A DNA stretch of 29,289 nt. Source: Pseudomonadota bacterium (GTDB taxonomy: Bacteria > Bdellovibrionota_G > JALEGL01 > DATDPG01). The position numbers were made by a program, and so were the translations under genes. Position 1 is the first letter of the stretch. Every line of letters begins with the position of its first letter. The notes under the pieces are model-generated. The model made no database searches and was not told where the DNA came from. It saw nothing but the letters and a program-made list of their open reading frames with translations. Positions 7,973 to 17,650 of the stretch are shown here, piece after piece. The stretch spans positions 1 to 29,289 of the forward strand of contig JAZDIZ010000015.1 in NCBI GenBank assembly GCA_043804515.1. Direction: 5' to 3'.

Positions 7973-10900
7973 TCAATCCAGCCGGTAGATCTCGCCGAGG
8001 CGGACGAAGAAGAGAAGTTTTTCGGGCACTTTCTTTCGGGTCAGTTCTTCCAAGGCCCGGGCGTAGAGATCGATCTGGGGTTTGTAGTGCTCGGCCTTGG
8101 CGCGCATTTCGTCGGCGGTGATCCGGTCGGTCTTGTAGTCGACCACAACGAATCCGCCTTCTTCTTCCAATACCAGGTCGATATATCCTTCGAATAATTT
8201 CCCGCCGTCGGACCACGAGAACGGGACTTCGCGAATGACCCGTTTCGCGCGGCCGATCCGCTCGAACAAGGGACTCTTGATCGCCTTCTCCGCGAGAGGA
8301 AGAATCTCTTGCGTCAGTTCATCTCTGCCCTCTTCCTCCGCGGCATCCCGAACCAGGGCGGCCGGGGGAATCCGGGGATAAAACGCGATTCTTTCCAGGA
8401 CGGAGTGCAGGATCGTTCCGATCACGGCGCCTTTGGAAGAGCCCGGTCTCCGGTCACCGGAACCCGGACTCCGGTCCTGTGCCACGAGATCCGTGGCGCT
8501 CTGAACTTCGATGCCGGGTACCCACTTGGCTGAACGCGCCGCGAGAAGCGCACGGATCTCTTCAAGCTCGTTTTTAAAACGGGTTGCGGCGTCCCGATCC
8601 GGTTTCGGCGGAGTTTCGGGTTCCGTGCGCGGAAGGTACGGAAGATTGTCGGCGGAAACGACGTCGACCAGCGACGAATCGGTCCGGAGCCCCTCCTCCA
8701 AGATCGGCCAGAGTTCGCCCCGCGTTTTCGCCGGCACAAACTTGGGAAGGATCAGGAGGTCTCGCGCCCTTGTGACCGCCACATAGAGCAGCCGCCGGCG
8801 TTCCTGGCCCCGTTGGGTCTTTTCCTGCTCCTCCATTTCCTCGAAGTTGGGTGTTGAAAACCTCGCGTCTTTCGGGCCGAATCCGACGGCAAGACGGTGA
8901 CCCAGCCGATCCGCCAACACATAATCCGTTTGGTCGGACGCCGCCGCCAGATTGGCCAAGACCACAATCGGGAATTCCAGCCCTTTGGCTTTATGAACGG
9001 TCATCAGGCGGATGCGGTTCTCGCCTTCCTCCCCGACGGGGGATTCGTCCTGTTGTTCCTCCCCGGCCGCACGGTCGCGCGCCCAGCGGACGAAGCGCTC
9101 AAGCGTGAGACCCTCCTGCTCCACCGTCCGGGCAAGTGTGAGAAATTTCTCTAGATTGGCGGCCGCTTGCTCCCCGTGAAACCGGCCCAATGCCAGAGGG
9201 TACGCCGCCGTCCGGTGGAGAAGCTCCAGGATGAGGCCCGACACGGGAACATCGGACTTGAGTTCATGGATCTCCCTCAAAATCCGGAACGCCGACAGCG
9301 ACGGTTCCTTGAGAACGGCAGGATCGGTCTTGAGGAAATCGAGCGATGGGGCCGCTTTCTTCAACTCCAGGAGATCCTGGTCGGACAGGCCGAACAGCGA
9401 TGAGCGCAGGGCCGCCACAACGGCGATCGTGTCGGCCGGGTGGGCCACGGCGTCGAGCGCTGAAATCAGCGCGTGGATTTCCGCTCTGCCGTAAAACATT
9501 CTCCCGCCTTCCAGGGAGAACGGCAGGTTGTAACGCCGGAGCTGCTCCTCGAAGAGATCGATGTCGGTGGTCGTGGGGAAGAGAAGGGCGATGTCTCCGA
9601 AACGTGCAGGCCGCAACTCACGGGATTTCGGGTCCCAGACACAGGCCGAGTTCTCGTCCAGGATTTTGCGAAGAAGGGCGGCGATCGCTTCGGCCTCCGC
9701 CATGCGCATCTGTCGGGAGTTCTCCGCGCCCGAGACGTTATCGGCCTGGAGGAACCAGACCGGCTTTCGGTTTTCGCCGACCAAATGTCTCTCGTCGGGA
9801 GTCAGCGGCTGGTGGTTGCGACCCAGAATCGTCTCGAACACCTGGTTGAACCAGGCGATCAGCGGCGGGCTGGATCGGAAGTTCTGATGAATGACGATGT
9901 GCTCGCCTTGTTCCGCGACCCGCGTTGTGGCCTCGCGGTACGTGTCGATGTCCGCCCGGCGGAAGCGATAGATCGATTGCTTGGGATCCCCCACGAGGAA
10001 CAACGTTCCCGGCGCCAGCTTCCTCTCCTTCCACTCGCTCTTAGGCCCAGTGGAACAGAGCAGCCAGACCAACTCCACCTGGACGGGATCGGTGTCCTGG
10101 AACTCGTCCACCAGGAAATATTTGAACCGCCGCCCGAAATAGTCGCGCACCTCGGCGTGGTCCCGAACCAAACTGCGGCTTAAAAAGAGCAGGTCGTCGA
10201 AGTCCAGAAACCCCTTGTCCCGTTTCGCTGCATCGACGCTTTCGGAAAACGTGGCCAAGACGCCCAGAAGGTCGGTGAAGACCGATTGGCGGATTGCGGC
10301 CTTGACCTTGTCAATCTTCTCTTTCAAGTCTCCCATCCGGGCCTTTTGCTGCCGGCACGCGTCGGGCGAAACCCAATTCGCCTGGCTCCCCTTCACGGGG
10401 GCTGCGAAGCGGAGCAAGATCGCGCGCTCCTTAAACTCGGCCGGGGCGGTTTCGGCCAGATCCACCTCGCGGGCCAGGGCCTCGATGGCCAGATACCCGG
10501 CGTCGGAAGGGTTCCGGCACGCTTCTTTCGCGAAGCTCCAAAGAGAGCGGGCTTCGGCGCCGATGGCATTGAAGGCTTTCAGAATGTCGGGCAGCGCCGC
10601 TCCGCGAGGGATCGCATCCAGGAGATCCCGTTGGCGGTAGAGCCAAAAGGCTCCGTCGCGGACCCGGTCGAGGCGGATTCCGGAAGCCAGGGCCCGGACG
10701 ACGACATCCCGGTGGGCGGCGAGCGCTTCAGGGAGCCAGCGTTCATAAGCCGACGAGAGAAAGAGATCCAACGAGAGCTCGTCCAGAACGGTGAAATTGG
10801 GATCCACGCCCGCTTCCAACGGCCGCTCGCGAAGAAGGGAAGATGCGAACGAATGGATCGTGGAAATGGGGGACCGGTCCAGTTCGTTCACCGCGGCGGC

Positions 10901-11149
10901 CAGATCGAGTTTCGAAAGTTCCGAGCGGATCTTGTCCTTGAGCTCGGAGGCCGCCTTTTCCGTGAATGTGATCGCCACGATCTCCGTCGGCCGGGCGAGA
11001 CCTTTCTTGATCAAGTGGACGTATCGATCCGTCAGAAGCGTCGTTTTGCCCGTTCCCGCCCCCGCCTCCACGGTCAGAAGCGAAGCGTGGTCGTTCACGA
11101 CCCGAATCCGGGCCTCCTCATCCTGCGGAATGAACGATCGTCCGGTCAC
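7973..11149 (-). CDS. addA: AddA-like ATP-dependent helicase/nuclease (UvrD helicase + PD-(D/E)XK nuclease)
   Basis: AGAGTGKT, ITFTEKAA, TIHSF, DEFQDTD, VGDPKQSIYRFRRAD, NFRS, TVHKAKGLEFP, LLYVAVTRA; C-terminal GYIDLV...VVDYKT...Q...Y. Start placed at GTG 11149, overlapping the addB stop (GTGA). Confidence 0.92.
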   Translation of the reverse strand: MTGRSFIPQDEEARIRVVNDHASLLTVEAGAGTGKTTLLTDRYVHLIKKGLARPTEIVAITFTEKAASELKDKIRSELSKLDLAAAVNELDRSPISTIHSFASSLLRERPLEAGVDPNFTVLDELSLDLFLSSAYERWLPEALAAHRDVVVRALASGIRLDRVRDGAFWLYRQRDLLDAIPRGAALPDILKAFNAIGAEARSLWSFAKEACRNPSDAGYLAIEALAREVDLAETAPAEFKERAILLRFAAPVKGSQANWVSPDACRQQKARMGDLKEKIDKVKAAIRQSVFTDLLGVLATFSESVDAAKRDKGFLDFDDLLFLSRSLVRDHAEVRDYFGRRFKYFLVDEFQDTDPVQVELVWLLCSTGPKSEWKERKLAPGTLFLVGDPKQSIYRFRRADIDTYREATTRVAEQGEHIVIHQNFRSSPPLIAWFNQVFETILGRNHQPLTPDERHLVGENRKPVWFLQADNVSGAENSRQMRMAEAEAIAALLRKILDENSACVWDPKSRELRPARFGDIALLFPTTTDIDLFEEQLRRYNLPFSLEGGRMFYGRAEIHALISALDAVAHPADTIAVVAALRSSLFGLSDQDLLELKKAAPSLDFLKTDPAVLKEPSLSAFRILREIHELKSDVPVSGLILELLHRTAAYPLALGRFHGEQAAANLEKFLTLARTVEQEGLTLERFVRWARDRAAGEEQQDESPVGEEGENRIRLMTVHKAKGLEFPIVVLANLAAASDQTDYVLADRLGHRLAVGFGPKDARFSTPNFEEMEEQEKTQRGQERRRLLYVAVTRARDLLILPKFVPAKTRGELWPILEEGLRTDSSLVDVVSADNLPYLPRTEPETPPKPDRDAATRFKNELEEIRALLAARSAKWVPGIEVQSATDLVAQDRSPGSGDRRPGSSKGAVIGTILHSVLERIAFYPRIPPAALVRDAAEEEGRDELTQEILPLAEKAIKSPLFERIGRAKRVIREVPFSWSDGGKLFEGYIDLVLEEEGGFVVVDYKTDRITADEMRAKAEHYKPQIDLYARALEELTRKKVPEKLLFFVRLGEIYRLD

Positions 11150-14136
11150 TCGATCTCCTTCAGCACGTTCAGCGTGGAAATCGCGGGGTCGGCTTCCTTC
11201 CGCTCGAAGACGCGGCCCACACCGCTTCCGCAAATGCGCGTGAAATCACACTGCTGGCAGTGCTTGAGATTGGAGCCCGGATTGGGGGGGAAGAAACCGG
11301 CGCGGATGCCTTGCACCACGGTGTCCAGGATCGTGACGAATTCGGGTTCGCGGGCCTTGAGTGCGACGCCGGAGAACGAGACCGTCCGGAACCCGCCGCC
11401 GTAGGCGGTCGAAAGAAGGCTGGCCTCGCTGCGTTCCGCGTCCACGCCGGGAAGCAGGACGCGAAGAGACAAGAGATAGACGGCGAGTTGGACGGAACGC
11501 CCGTTATCGAACGCGTTGTCATGGGCCCGGTCGAAGGATCCGGTTTTGTAATCCAGGATCCGCGCCTGTTTCCCGTCCGGGGAGAGATCGACGCGGTCCA
11601 CGCGCCCTTTGAGCCGGATGGTTCCCTCGCGGGCGCGGATTTCAACCGGCGAATCGGTGGAAAGAGCGCCCTCCTCTTCGTTCCTTGCCGGCGTGCCGAA
11701 CCTCACCTCGAAATCGTAAGGCACGAAGAGCGAGGAGAGCTTGAGCTCGGCGTCCAGGAGGGCGGCAAGGTCCGAGATCAAGAAGGCCCTCTCGGTTTCC
11801 CAGAGAAGCTGATGCCCCAGGGGCACGGATTGTTCCGCCTCGGCGAAGACCTCGGCGGCGACGGTGCGGAGAGTCTCCCGAAGGCCCGGGGCATCCTCCT
11901 TGCGGAGGGGGAGCCGTTCCTCGTTCTTGAGCCGGGAGAAGAACCGGAAGAGCGCCCGATGAATGAGGCGCCCCCGATCCAGGGGCCGCAGTCGCGCCAC
12001 GTCTTCCGGCGCATCGATCGGCTCGAGGCCGATCACGTTCGAGAGAAAATATCGGTAGGGGCACGTCGCGTAGCGCTCGATCTGGGAGGAGGAAAAAGGC
12101 GGGAGCTGTGAAGAGGGAGGCATCTCGTGGCGGACCATGCCGTCGTAATCCGTCCAGTAATCGGACCCCAGCCTGCGTGTTACCCACAGATGCGTGGAAG
12201 CGGCCAGGGGGAGGGCGGCTTCCAGGGCGGAAAGCGTCCGTTCCGGCTCCTCCACCATCCGTCTGGAAAGATCGCGCATGACCCAATCCTTCTCGTCCAA
12301 AAGCGGCTTTCCGGTTTTCTGCGCCCAAGCCATGTGGGGACGTCTTTCCACCGCCTCTTTGGGCACGCTGTCCCGGAAAAACGTGGACGGAAGCCGTTCC
12401 TTGAGGCCTTCCCGGCTGGCGCGTGGGTACGTGAGGAGGACGGAAGATGCCTGGCTTCGGGCCAAGTGGAACAAGGCGCGTTCCTCGTCCAGGCGGCTTT
12501 CTTTCAGGGCGATGCCCGTGCCGCATCGACCGTTCAGGAACCTCCGCTCGTGGTCCAAAAGAAGCGGATCGGTTTGCGGCGGCGCCGGGAACGAGCGCTC
12601 CACCAGGCCGGGGATCACGGCGACGCGGAACGGGACGAGCCGCGCCGACACCATCAAACCCAAGTAAACCCCGTCCCGCTCGAACGTTTTTCCGTCCCGG
12701 AGGCGGGCGGCCCGGATCCTGGTGGTGAGAATGCGTGTCGTGCGCTCGGGCGTGGCGGCGACGCCCACTTCTTCCAAGTCCGAAAGGCTTTGCGCCGTTT
12801 CCGAAAGGAGATCCGTCACGGGATCCGGTTCGGCGAACGTTTCGAGGAAGCTCGCCACGGCGGCCCCGAATCCGCTCCATGAAACGGCACTTTGCTCCAG
12901 TCTCTTCACCTCGGAAGCCAGGCGCCTAACGAACGAGGCCAGATTGCGACATTCTTTGTTTTCCGGCTTCGAGAAAGCCGAAAGCCTGGCCGCGGCTTGT
13001 TCAAACCCGCGCGATACGACCGCCCGGCGGGTCCATCGATCCCAGTCCGCCGATCCGCCGACGCCCTTTAGGAATTCCTCCTTGAACGGGAAGAGGGAGA
13101 GAAATTCCACGAGATCGTTCCGGGCGCCCTCCGTTCCCAATGAGGAGAGAAGCCAAAGAAGCGCTTTGGCGGCGCGCATCGAAGCGATAGGCCGGCCCCC
13201 CTGAGCGTAGAAGGGAACCTGAGCCCGCTCCAAAATTTCCTCAAAACACGGGGCGTACGCGTCGAAGTCCCGAAGAAGGATTCCCGCCTGGTGCATCGGA
13301 GCGGAGGCGCGCTCCATCTGTGCAATCATCCACCTCACGCCCTCTTCCGCCTCGGCGTACGCGTGCGGCGCCGACATTCCAGAGAACACCGGCGGATTTT
13401 CGGTCGAGAGAGGGGTCTCGGCCAATTTCAGCGTCCGGAGAAAACGGAGCGTGGCCGCATCGGGGGAGCTCGCGAATCCGAACGTGGGAACCCACACGTG
13501 GAGCGAGGCGTGCAAGGCGATGGCGCGCAGAAGCCGCCGCTGCGTCTCCGTCAGGTCATAAAAACCGTAGACGTAAAGAGACCGGGTCCCGAACAGATCG
13601 TGAAATCCGCCGGCCTCGGACGAAGCTTCCATGACGACGTCGGCGTTCGTCGCGAAGCGCGGGATGTAGCGGGCGCGATGGCTCCGGAAGATGCGTCCGA
13701 GGTCCCCGAGCTTCCCTTCTTCGCCGGGGATTTGGGTGAGGCCGCCGTCGATCAGATCGTGAAACGTCCGCCGGAGCGCTTCGTGCAGTCCCCTTTGATG
13801 AGCCATAGCGTGGAACGAGCTGGAAGGAGGAAGCTCCCCGCAGAGATCCTCCAAGAGCAGGTCCTCCGCTTGCAGGGGAAAAACGCGGCGCCGCGTTTCG
13901 AGGAACCGGAAACGGGTGAGGCGGCGTGCGAGATCCACGAACGTGACGAATCGGACGTTGATGTGCCCGCCCACGTGAAGGCTCAAGGCATGCCGGAGGT
14001 GAATCCCGAGCAGGTTCGAACCCACCAAAACCACGCGAGGTGCGAGGGAGTCGTCTTTAAGATCGGTGGAGAGTGCGTTCAGGAAGGAGCGTTCGAAAGA
14101 GGCTGAGAAGGGACCGAAGCTAAGCGATCCCGCCAC
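11146..14136 (-). CDS. addB: AddB-like subunit (degenerate helicase + PD-(D/E)XK nuclease with Fe-S cysteines)
   Basis: SSSQIERYATCPYRYF, GRLIH, GRVDRVD, ILDYKTG, QLAVY and CQQCDFTRIC (1+3 Cys Fe-S staple); directly upstream of addA. Confidence 0.9.
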   Translation of the reverse strand: MAGSLSFGPFSASFERSFLNALSTDLKDDSLAPRVVLVGSNLLGIHLRHALSLHVGGHINVRFVTFVDLARRLTRFRFLETRRRVFPLQAEDLLLEDLCGELPPSSSFHAMAHQRGLHEALRRTFHDLIDGGLTQIPGEEGKLGDLGRIFRSHRARYIPRFATNADVVMEASSEAGGFHDLFGTRSLYVYGFYDLTETQRRLLRAIALHASLHVWVPTFGFASSPDAATLRFLRTLKLAETPLSTENPPVFSGMSAPHAYAEAEEGVRWMIAQMERASAPMHQAGILLRDFDAYAPCFEEILERAQVPFYAQGGRPIASMRAAKALLWLLSSLGTEGARNDLVEFLSLFPFKEEFLKGVGGSADWDRWTRRAVVSRGFEQAAARLSAFSKPENKECRNLASFVRRLASEVKRLEQSAVSWSGFGAAVASFLETFAEPDPVTDLLSETAQSLSDLEEVGVAATPERTTRILTTRIRAARLRDGKTFERDGVYLGLMVSARLVPFRVAVIPGLVERSFPAPPQTDPLLLDHERRFLNGRCGTGIALKESRLDEERALFHLARSQASSVLLTYPRASREGLKERLPSTFFRDSVPKEAVERRPHMAWAQKTGKPLLDEKDWVMRDLSRRMVEEPERTLSALEAALPLAASTHLWVTRRLGSDYWTDYDGMVRHEMPPSSQLPPFSSSQIERYATCPYRYFLSNVIGLEPIDAPEDVARLRPLDRGRLIHRALFRFFSRLKNEERLPLRKEDAPGLRETLRTVAAEVFAEAEQSVPLGHQLLWETERAFLISDLAALLDAELKLSSLFVPYDFEVRFGTPARNEEEGALSTDSPVEIRAREGTIRLKGRVDRVDLSPDGKQARILDYKTGSFDRAHDNAFDNGRSVQLAVYLLSLRVLLPGVDAERSEASLLSTAYGGGFRTVSFSGVALKAREPEFVTILDTVVQGIRAGFFPPNPGSNLKHCQQCDFTRICGSGVGRVFERKEADPAISTLNVLKEIE

Positions 14137-14139
14137 CGC

Positions 14140-14514
14140 CTAATTCCGATCGAGGCTGAAACGCCCCGCGCCGGCGGCCGCCACGATCAAGAGGCCCCCC
14201 GCGACGGCCAGGTGGCTCAAAAGAAAGGAGACGCTCATGCGCTCCGGCCCGTGAGCATAGAGGTAATAAGCGGTAAGGATGGTGTAGACGGCCAAAAGGA
14301 GGCCTACGGCGCGGGCGCGGGCGCCGAGAAACAGAAGGAGGCCGCCCAGGATTTCCACCGCCGCGAATACAACCCAAGCGATTTTGGGATAGGGAATCCC
14401 ATGGCTTTGGAGCCGTAAGGCCGCCGCCGAGGGGGAAATCACCTTTTCGTAGCCGGCATAGAGAAAATAGAGCGCCAGAAAGAGCCGGCCCAGGAAGAAA
14501 GTCAGCGGCTGCAT
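14140..14514 (-). CDS. DoxX family membrane protein
   Basis: Four hydrophobic segments; 'GRLFLA..F...G..K', 'VEILGGLLLFLG', 'GAGRFSLD'. Confidence 0.88.
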   Translation of the reverse strand: MQPLTFFLGRLFLALYFLYAGYEKVISPSAAALRLQSHGIPYPKIAWVVFAAVEILGGLLLFLGARARAVGLLLAVYTILTAYYLYAHGPERMSVSFLLSHLAVAGGLLIVAAAGAGRFSLDRN

Positions 14515-14515
14515 G

Positions 14516-15052
14516 TTACGATCCCAAACCGGCCAGGGTTTGCTCCACCTTTTCGAACTTCTCCACGAGTTCGGGTTCCTCCCGTTCCATCTTGAGGATG
14601 CGGAGTTTCCCGTTCAGGAGATCCCTGCGGATCGCCGTCTCTTGAGGGGCCATATCGATCATCCGGTCCAAAATGGTCGCCACAAACGCGGGTTCCTTGT
14701 GGTCCAAGAGGCGGATCAGGTCGTCCCAGTCCCGCGGAAGGCCGTGTTTCTCGACGTAGTTTGAAGCGCGCAGCGAAAAGGTCTTAAACGGCCCCACGAA
14801 CACGTTCTTCCACGCCGCCTCCTGCTCCTTCGACTTTTTCCCGCTGAAGAGCCCTTCGAGCGCCGCCTTTGCTACGGATTCGTCCCGCTTTACGTTGAAA
14901 GTCTTTTTTTCGGTCGGCTTGGGGCTTTGAGACAGGTGCCGGCTGCGGTCGCGTTGCGCGTCGCGCTCGCGCCAGCTCTTTTTCTCGGGTTCCTCGTCAT
15001 CATCACGCGGCGGCTTGGGCTTCTCGTCGTCGAAGAAGTGGGGGTTCTTCAT
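14516..15052 (-). CDS. Hypothetical protein (charged N-terminal tail, helical C-terminus)
   Basis: Fills the gap in the minus-strand run with 15-nt and 1-nt spacing; SD GGAG upstream; segments 'KKSWRERDAQRDRSRH' and 'LPRDWDDLIRLLDH'. Confidence 0.75.
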   Translation of the reverse strand: MKNPHFFDDEKPKPPRDDDEEPEKKSWRERDAQRDRSRHLSQSPKPTEKKTFNVKRDESVAKAALEGLFSGKKSKEQEAAWKNVFVGPFKTFSLRASNYVEKHGLPRDWDDLIRLLDHKEPAFVATILDRMIDMAPQETAIRRDLLNGKLRILKMEREEPELVEKFEKVEQTLAGLGS

Positions 15053-15067
15053 GGGGAACTCTCCTTA

Positions 15068-15994
15068 TTAAAGCTTCACGGACGCCATCGTCCGGGCGTA
15101 CCGGTCCGCCAGGACCTTGAGAGACGCGGCGTCCCGATATTCCGGCTTCCGCAGAGTTTCGGCAAGCCTCGCCACCCGGTCCATTGTGTTCGGATGCGTG
15201 GAGTTGAGCGTCACCTTTTGGTTTCCGATCGCGCCCGCGAGCGCTTTCAGGAACGATTCGTACTCGTTGGGATTGTAGCCGACGCGGAATGCGAAGTCGG
15301 CGCCGTACGCATCGGCCTCGTATTCTTTGGAGCGGTCGTACCCCCGCTCCAGGATGACGGAGACGGTTTCTTTGACGATCGAATCGAACATCTTGGGGTC
15401 CTGATCCAGCGCCGTGAGCGTCACCTCGCTCACGCTTCCGAGCACCTTGGATCTTCGGATCGCATCCAGCGCGTGCTTGTGAGCGATGTGTATGATCTCG
15501 TGGCCGAGAATCCCCGCCAGCTGGGCTTCGTTCTTCACGAGTTTGAGAAGGCCGCGGCTCACGAAGACATAACCGCCCGGGCAGGCGAACGCGTTCGGAT
15601 CCTCGGCGTTCAGAACGCCGAAGAAATACGGAATATCGGGCCGGTCGGAGAGCGAGGCCACAGCATTGCCCACCTTCGCCAGATATTTCTCGAGCGCGGG
15701 ATCCTCGTCCAGGCCGCCGAAGCGCGCCACGGCTTCCAAAGCCACGGCGCCTCCGATGGCGTACTCTTCCTTGTAGCCGATCGGTTGGAGTGACTGGAGT
15801 GTCTTGAGGCCGCCGAAGATCAGTTGCTCGGTCCTGTTTCCTCCTTGCGCGGGCCTTCCGCCCTGCTGCGTTCCGCTTTGCGGCGTGGGGGACTTAAGCG
15901 ACTTCTTGAGGAGATCCTTGAAACCGGCCCGAGCCGCGCCTCCCGCAAGAACAAGGGCCGCGACGATCATGAGAGCGAAGAAACCCCGCCTCAT
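15068..15994 (-). CDS. Exported M48-family zinc metalloprotease
   Basis: PNAFACPGGYVFV, zinc motif HEIIH, EYEAD third ligand, STHP; signal peptide ending ARA. Confidence 0.92.
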   Translation of the reverse strand: MRRGFFALMIVAALVLAGGAARAGFKDLLKKSLKSPTPQSGTQQGGRPAQGGNRTEQLIFGGLKTLQSLQPIGYKEEYAIGGAVALEAVARFGGLDEDPALEKYLAKVGNAVASLSDRPDIPYFFGVLNAEDPNAFACPGGYVFVSRGLLKLVKNEAQLAGILGHEIIHIAHKHALDAIRRSKVLGSVSEVTLTALDQDPKMFDSIVKETVSVILERGYDRSKEYEADAYGADFAFRVGYNPNEYESFLKALAGAIGNQKVTLNSTHPNTMDRVARLAETLRKPEYRDAASLKVLADRYARTMASVKL

Positions 15995-16485
15995 TGCGCG
16001 TACTCCCCGAGTTTCCCGTCTTTGAGAAACGCGTCGAGTTCGGCTTTGGAAACCCGGACCGACTCCATGTGCTTCACCATCTTAACGTCTTCCGGCTTGA
16101 TGGCGGCGCGGCCGGCGTATTTTTCCGAAGTGGGGCTTAGGCCCCTGATACTTGTGGCCGTGGAGCCTTCCCGGGCCGTCGCTCCTCCACCTCCCAATCC
16201 GGCCAAAAGACCGGACCCGCCTGACGCGGAAGGCTTCTTGGCGACCAGCTTGAATTTGTAGACAAAACCCGTCTTACCGCCGGCGTTTACCTGCACCCAG
16301 CTCCCGGTTCGTCCGATGACGTTCACGCCGGTGCCGCGCGGGAGTTGGGCCAAAACGGACGCACTCGCCGCCGTGGACGATTTCAGGTCCGCCGTGGGGG
16401 AGTTTACGTAGAGAGTCTCGGCACTTAGCGTTGTAGGAAAAACGATTACCGCGAACAGCGCCGAAAGATGCAGGAAACGCGACAT
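15991..16485 (-). CDS. Exported bacterial SH3-domain protein
   Basis: Signal peptide (LSA), SH3b-like 'ADLKSS...VLAQLPRGTGVNVIGRTGSWVQV..GGKTGFVY', Gly/Ser linker, C-terminal 'SIRGL...FLKDGKLG'; ATGA overlap with the M48 gene. Confidence 0.85.
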   Translation of the reverse strand: MSRFLHLSALFAVIVFPTTLSAETLYVNSPTADLKSSTAASASVLAQLPRGTGVNVIGRTGSWVQVNAGGKTGFVYKFKLVAKKPSASGGSGLLAGLGGGGATAREGSTATSIRGLSPTSEKYAGRAAIKPEDVKMVKHMESVRVSKAELDAFLKDGKLGEYAQ

Positions 16486-16640
16486 AGGCCCGTAACGTAG
16501 ATCAAGATCCGCCCCGATTCAACTCGGTTGAATGCCGCGGCAAGCTGTCGCCCACTCCCCGTCGCAGCTGGGAGGATAATCGACCAATCTACATACGAGT
16601 GGTTAGGTTGCCGATTCGAGGAGCCAAATAAGCGACGGCA

Positions 16641-16994
16641 CTACCTCATCTGGTGCGCTGCAATTTCGGTTTCCAATTTTTTGTAGGAATCTCCGATCAG
16701 CGTAATGCAATGTTTTGCCTGCAGGGTCGACATAATGCTCTGCAGCCGCCCATTCAATTTATCAATATAGGCATCGGCGTCGTTGTCTATTTCGGAAACA
16801 CGATCGACGTTTCGAACCTTGCGGTCTTGATGCATCTGCACCTCATCTGTCGCCCTAATATAAAGGTAGAGAAGCGTGTTGCATTCTCGATCCGGATTTA
16901 TCGGCTTGGGATCCGAAAATGCAAATCGTGGGGACACGAGGACGAGGAACAGGAAACAAGCTAACGCGATCTGTACTTTGCTGTTTGGCTTCAT
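16641..16994 (-). CDS. Small secreted helical hypothetical protein (117 aa)
   Basis: ATG at 16994 preceded by GGAG; signal peptide MKPNSKVQIALACFLFLVLVSPRFAFS; two Cys in the mature part; visibly more AT-rich than its neighbours. Confidence 0.65.
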   Translation of the reverse strand: MKPNSKVQIALACFLFLVLVSPRFAFSDPKPINPDRECNTLLYLYIRATDEVQMHQDRKVRNVDRVSEIDNDADAYIDKLNGRLQSIMSTLQAKHCITLIGDSYKKLETEIAAHQMR

Positions 16995-17074
16995 AAACGT
17001 CTCCGATAAGAATGAGTGAGCACAATCTATGCCAGCGTTCGGCGCTCGCAAAACGCGACGCCAACATGGCCATG

Positions 17075-17101
17075 TACTTGATATTAAATATAAATTGTCA
17101 A
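17075..17101 (-). promoter_or_regulatory. Candidate sigma70-type promoter for the small secreted protein
   Basis: Minus strand has a perfect TTGACA (17101-17096) followed by a very AT-rich stretch; no clean -10 box at canonical spacing. Confidence 0.3.
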
Positions 17102-17185
17102 CCTTCGGGATTGACGGGGTCAAATCTTTCAGTGATGTCCGGCCCTTTTCGGACACCCTTGTCCCACCCAGCCCTCTAGAACCCT

Positions 17186-17650
17186 CTAGTTTCTCGTTCC
17201 GCGCGGCGGTCGATGCTTCGTAAGGATTTCGAGATCGATCAAATCCCTGGGCCGTCCGGCGGCTTTCTTGTTCCTGATCAGGGCTTCTCGGCCGATCACC
17301 GGAATCATCAGGCCGGCAAACTCGAACGTTTCGTGCGTTTTCCACGCCTCTTCAAACGTGAGGCCGCTCACGGAAGTGAGAATGTCGATGCGGTTGGGCG
17401 CAAGCCCCATCTGAAACACGATGTCCGGGCTTGAGAGATCCTGCACCGAAAGGTCCGCAAGCGGGGCCCCGAAGCGCTTGAGGGCCTCATAGACCCGGCG
17501 GGCGTTTTCCGAGGCGGGGTCAACCCACACATCCAGATCGCCGGTGGCTCTCGGTTCCGCGTGAACCGAGACCGCGAACGCCCCCACAACAAGGAATCTA
17601 GCGTTTGTTGCGAATAACGCTTGAAATACGTCGAGGAAGTCCTGGTTCAC
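17186..17650 (-). CDS. Nucleotidyltransferase (DUF6036/AbiEii-like Pol-beta superfamily)
   Basis: VVGAFAVSVH..PRATGDLDVWV (G-x-x-A...RxTxDxD), RIDILT, NKKAAGRPRDLIDL. GTG start at 17650 has GAGG upstream. Confidence 0.85.
   Translation of the reverse strand: MNQDFLDVFQALFATNARFLVVGAFAVSVHAEPRATGDLDVWVDPASENARRVYEALKRFGAPLADLSVQDLSSPDIVFQMGLAPNRIDILTSVSGLTFEEAWKTHETFEFAGLMIPVIGREALIRNKKAAGRPRDLIDLEILTKHRPPRGTRN

Noticed and set aside
11150..11233. Longer AddA start given in the ORF track
   Set aside because: It would overlap the addB 3' end by 88 nt; GTG 11149 gives the usual 4-nt coupling with AAGGAG upstream.
16995..17345. N-terminal extension making the secreted protein 234 aa
   Set aside because: It overlaps the NTase gene and the AT-rich promoter-like tract; the SD and signal peptide point to ATG 16994.
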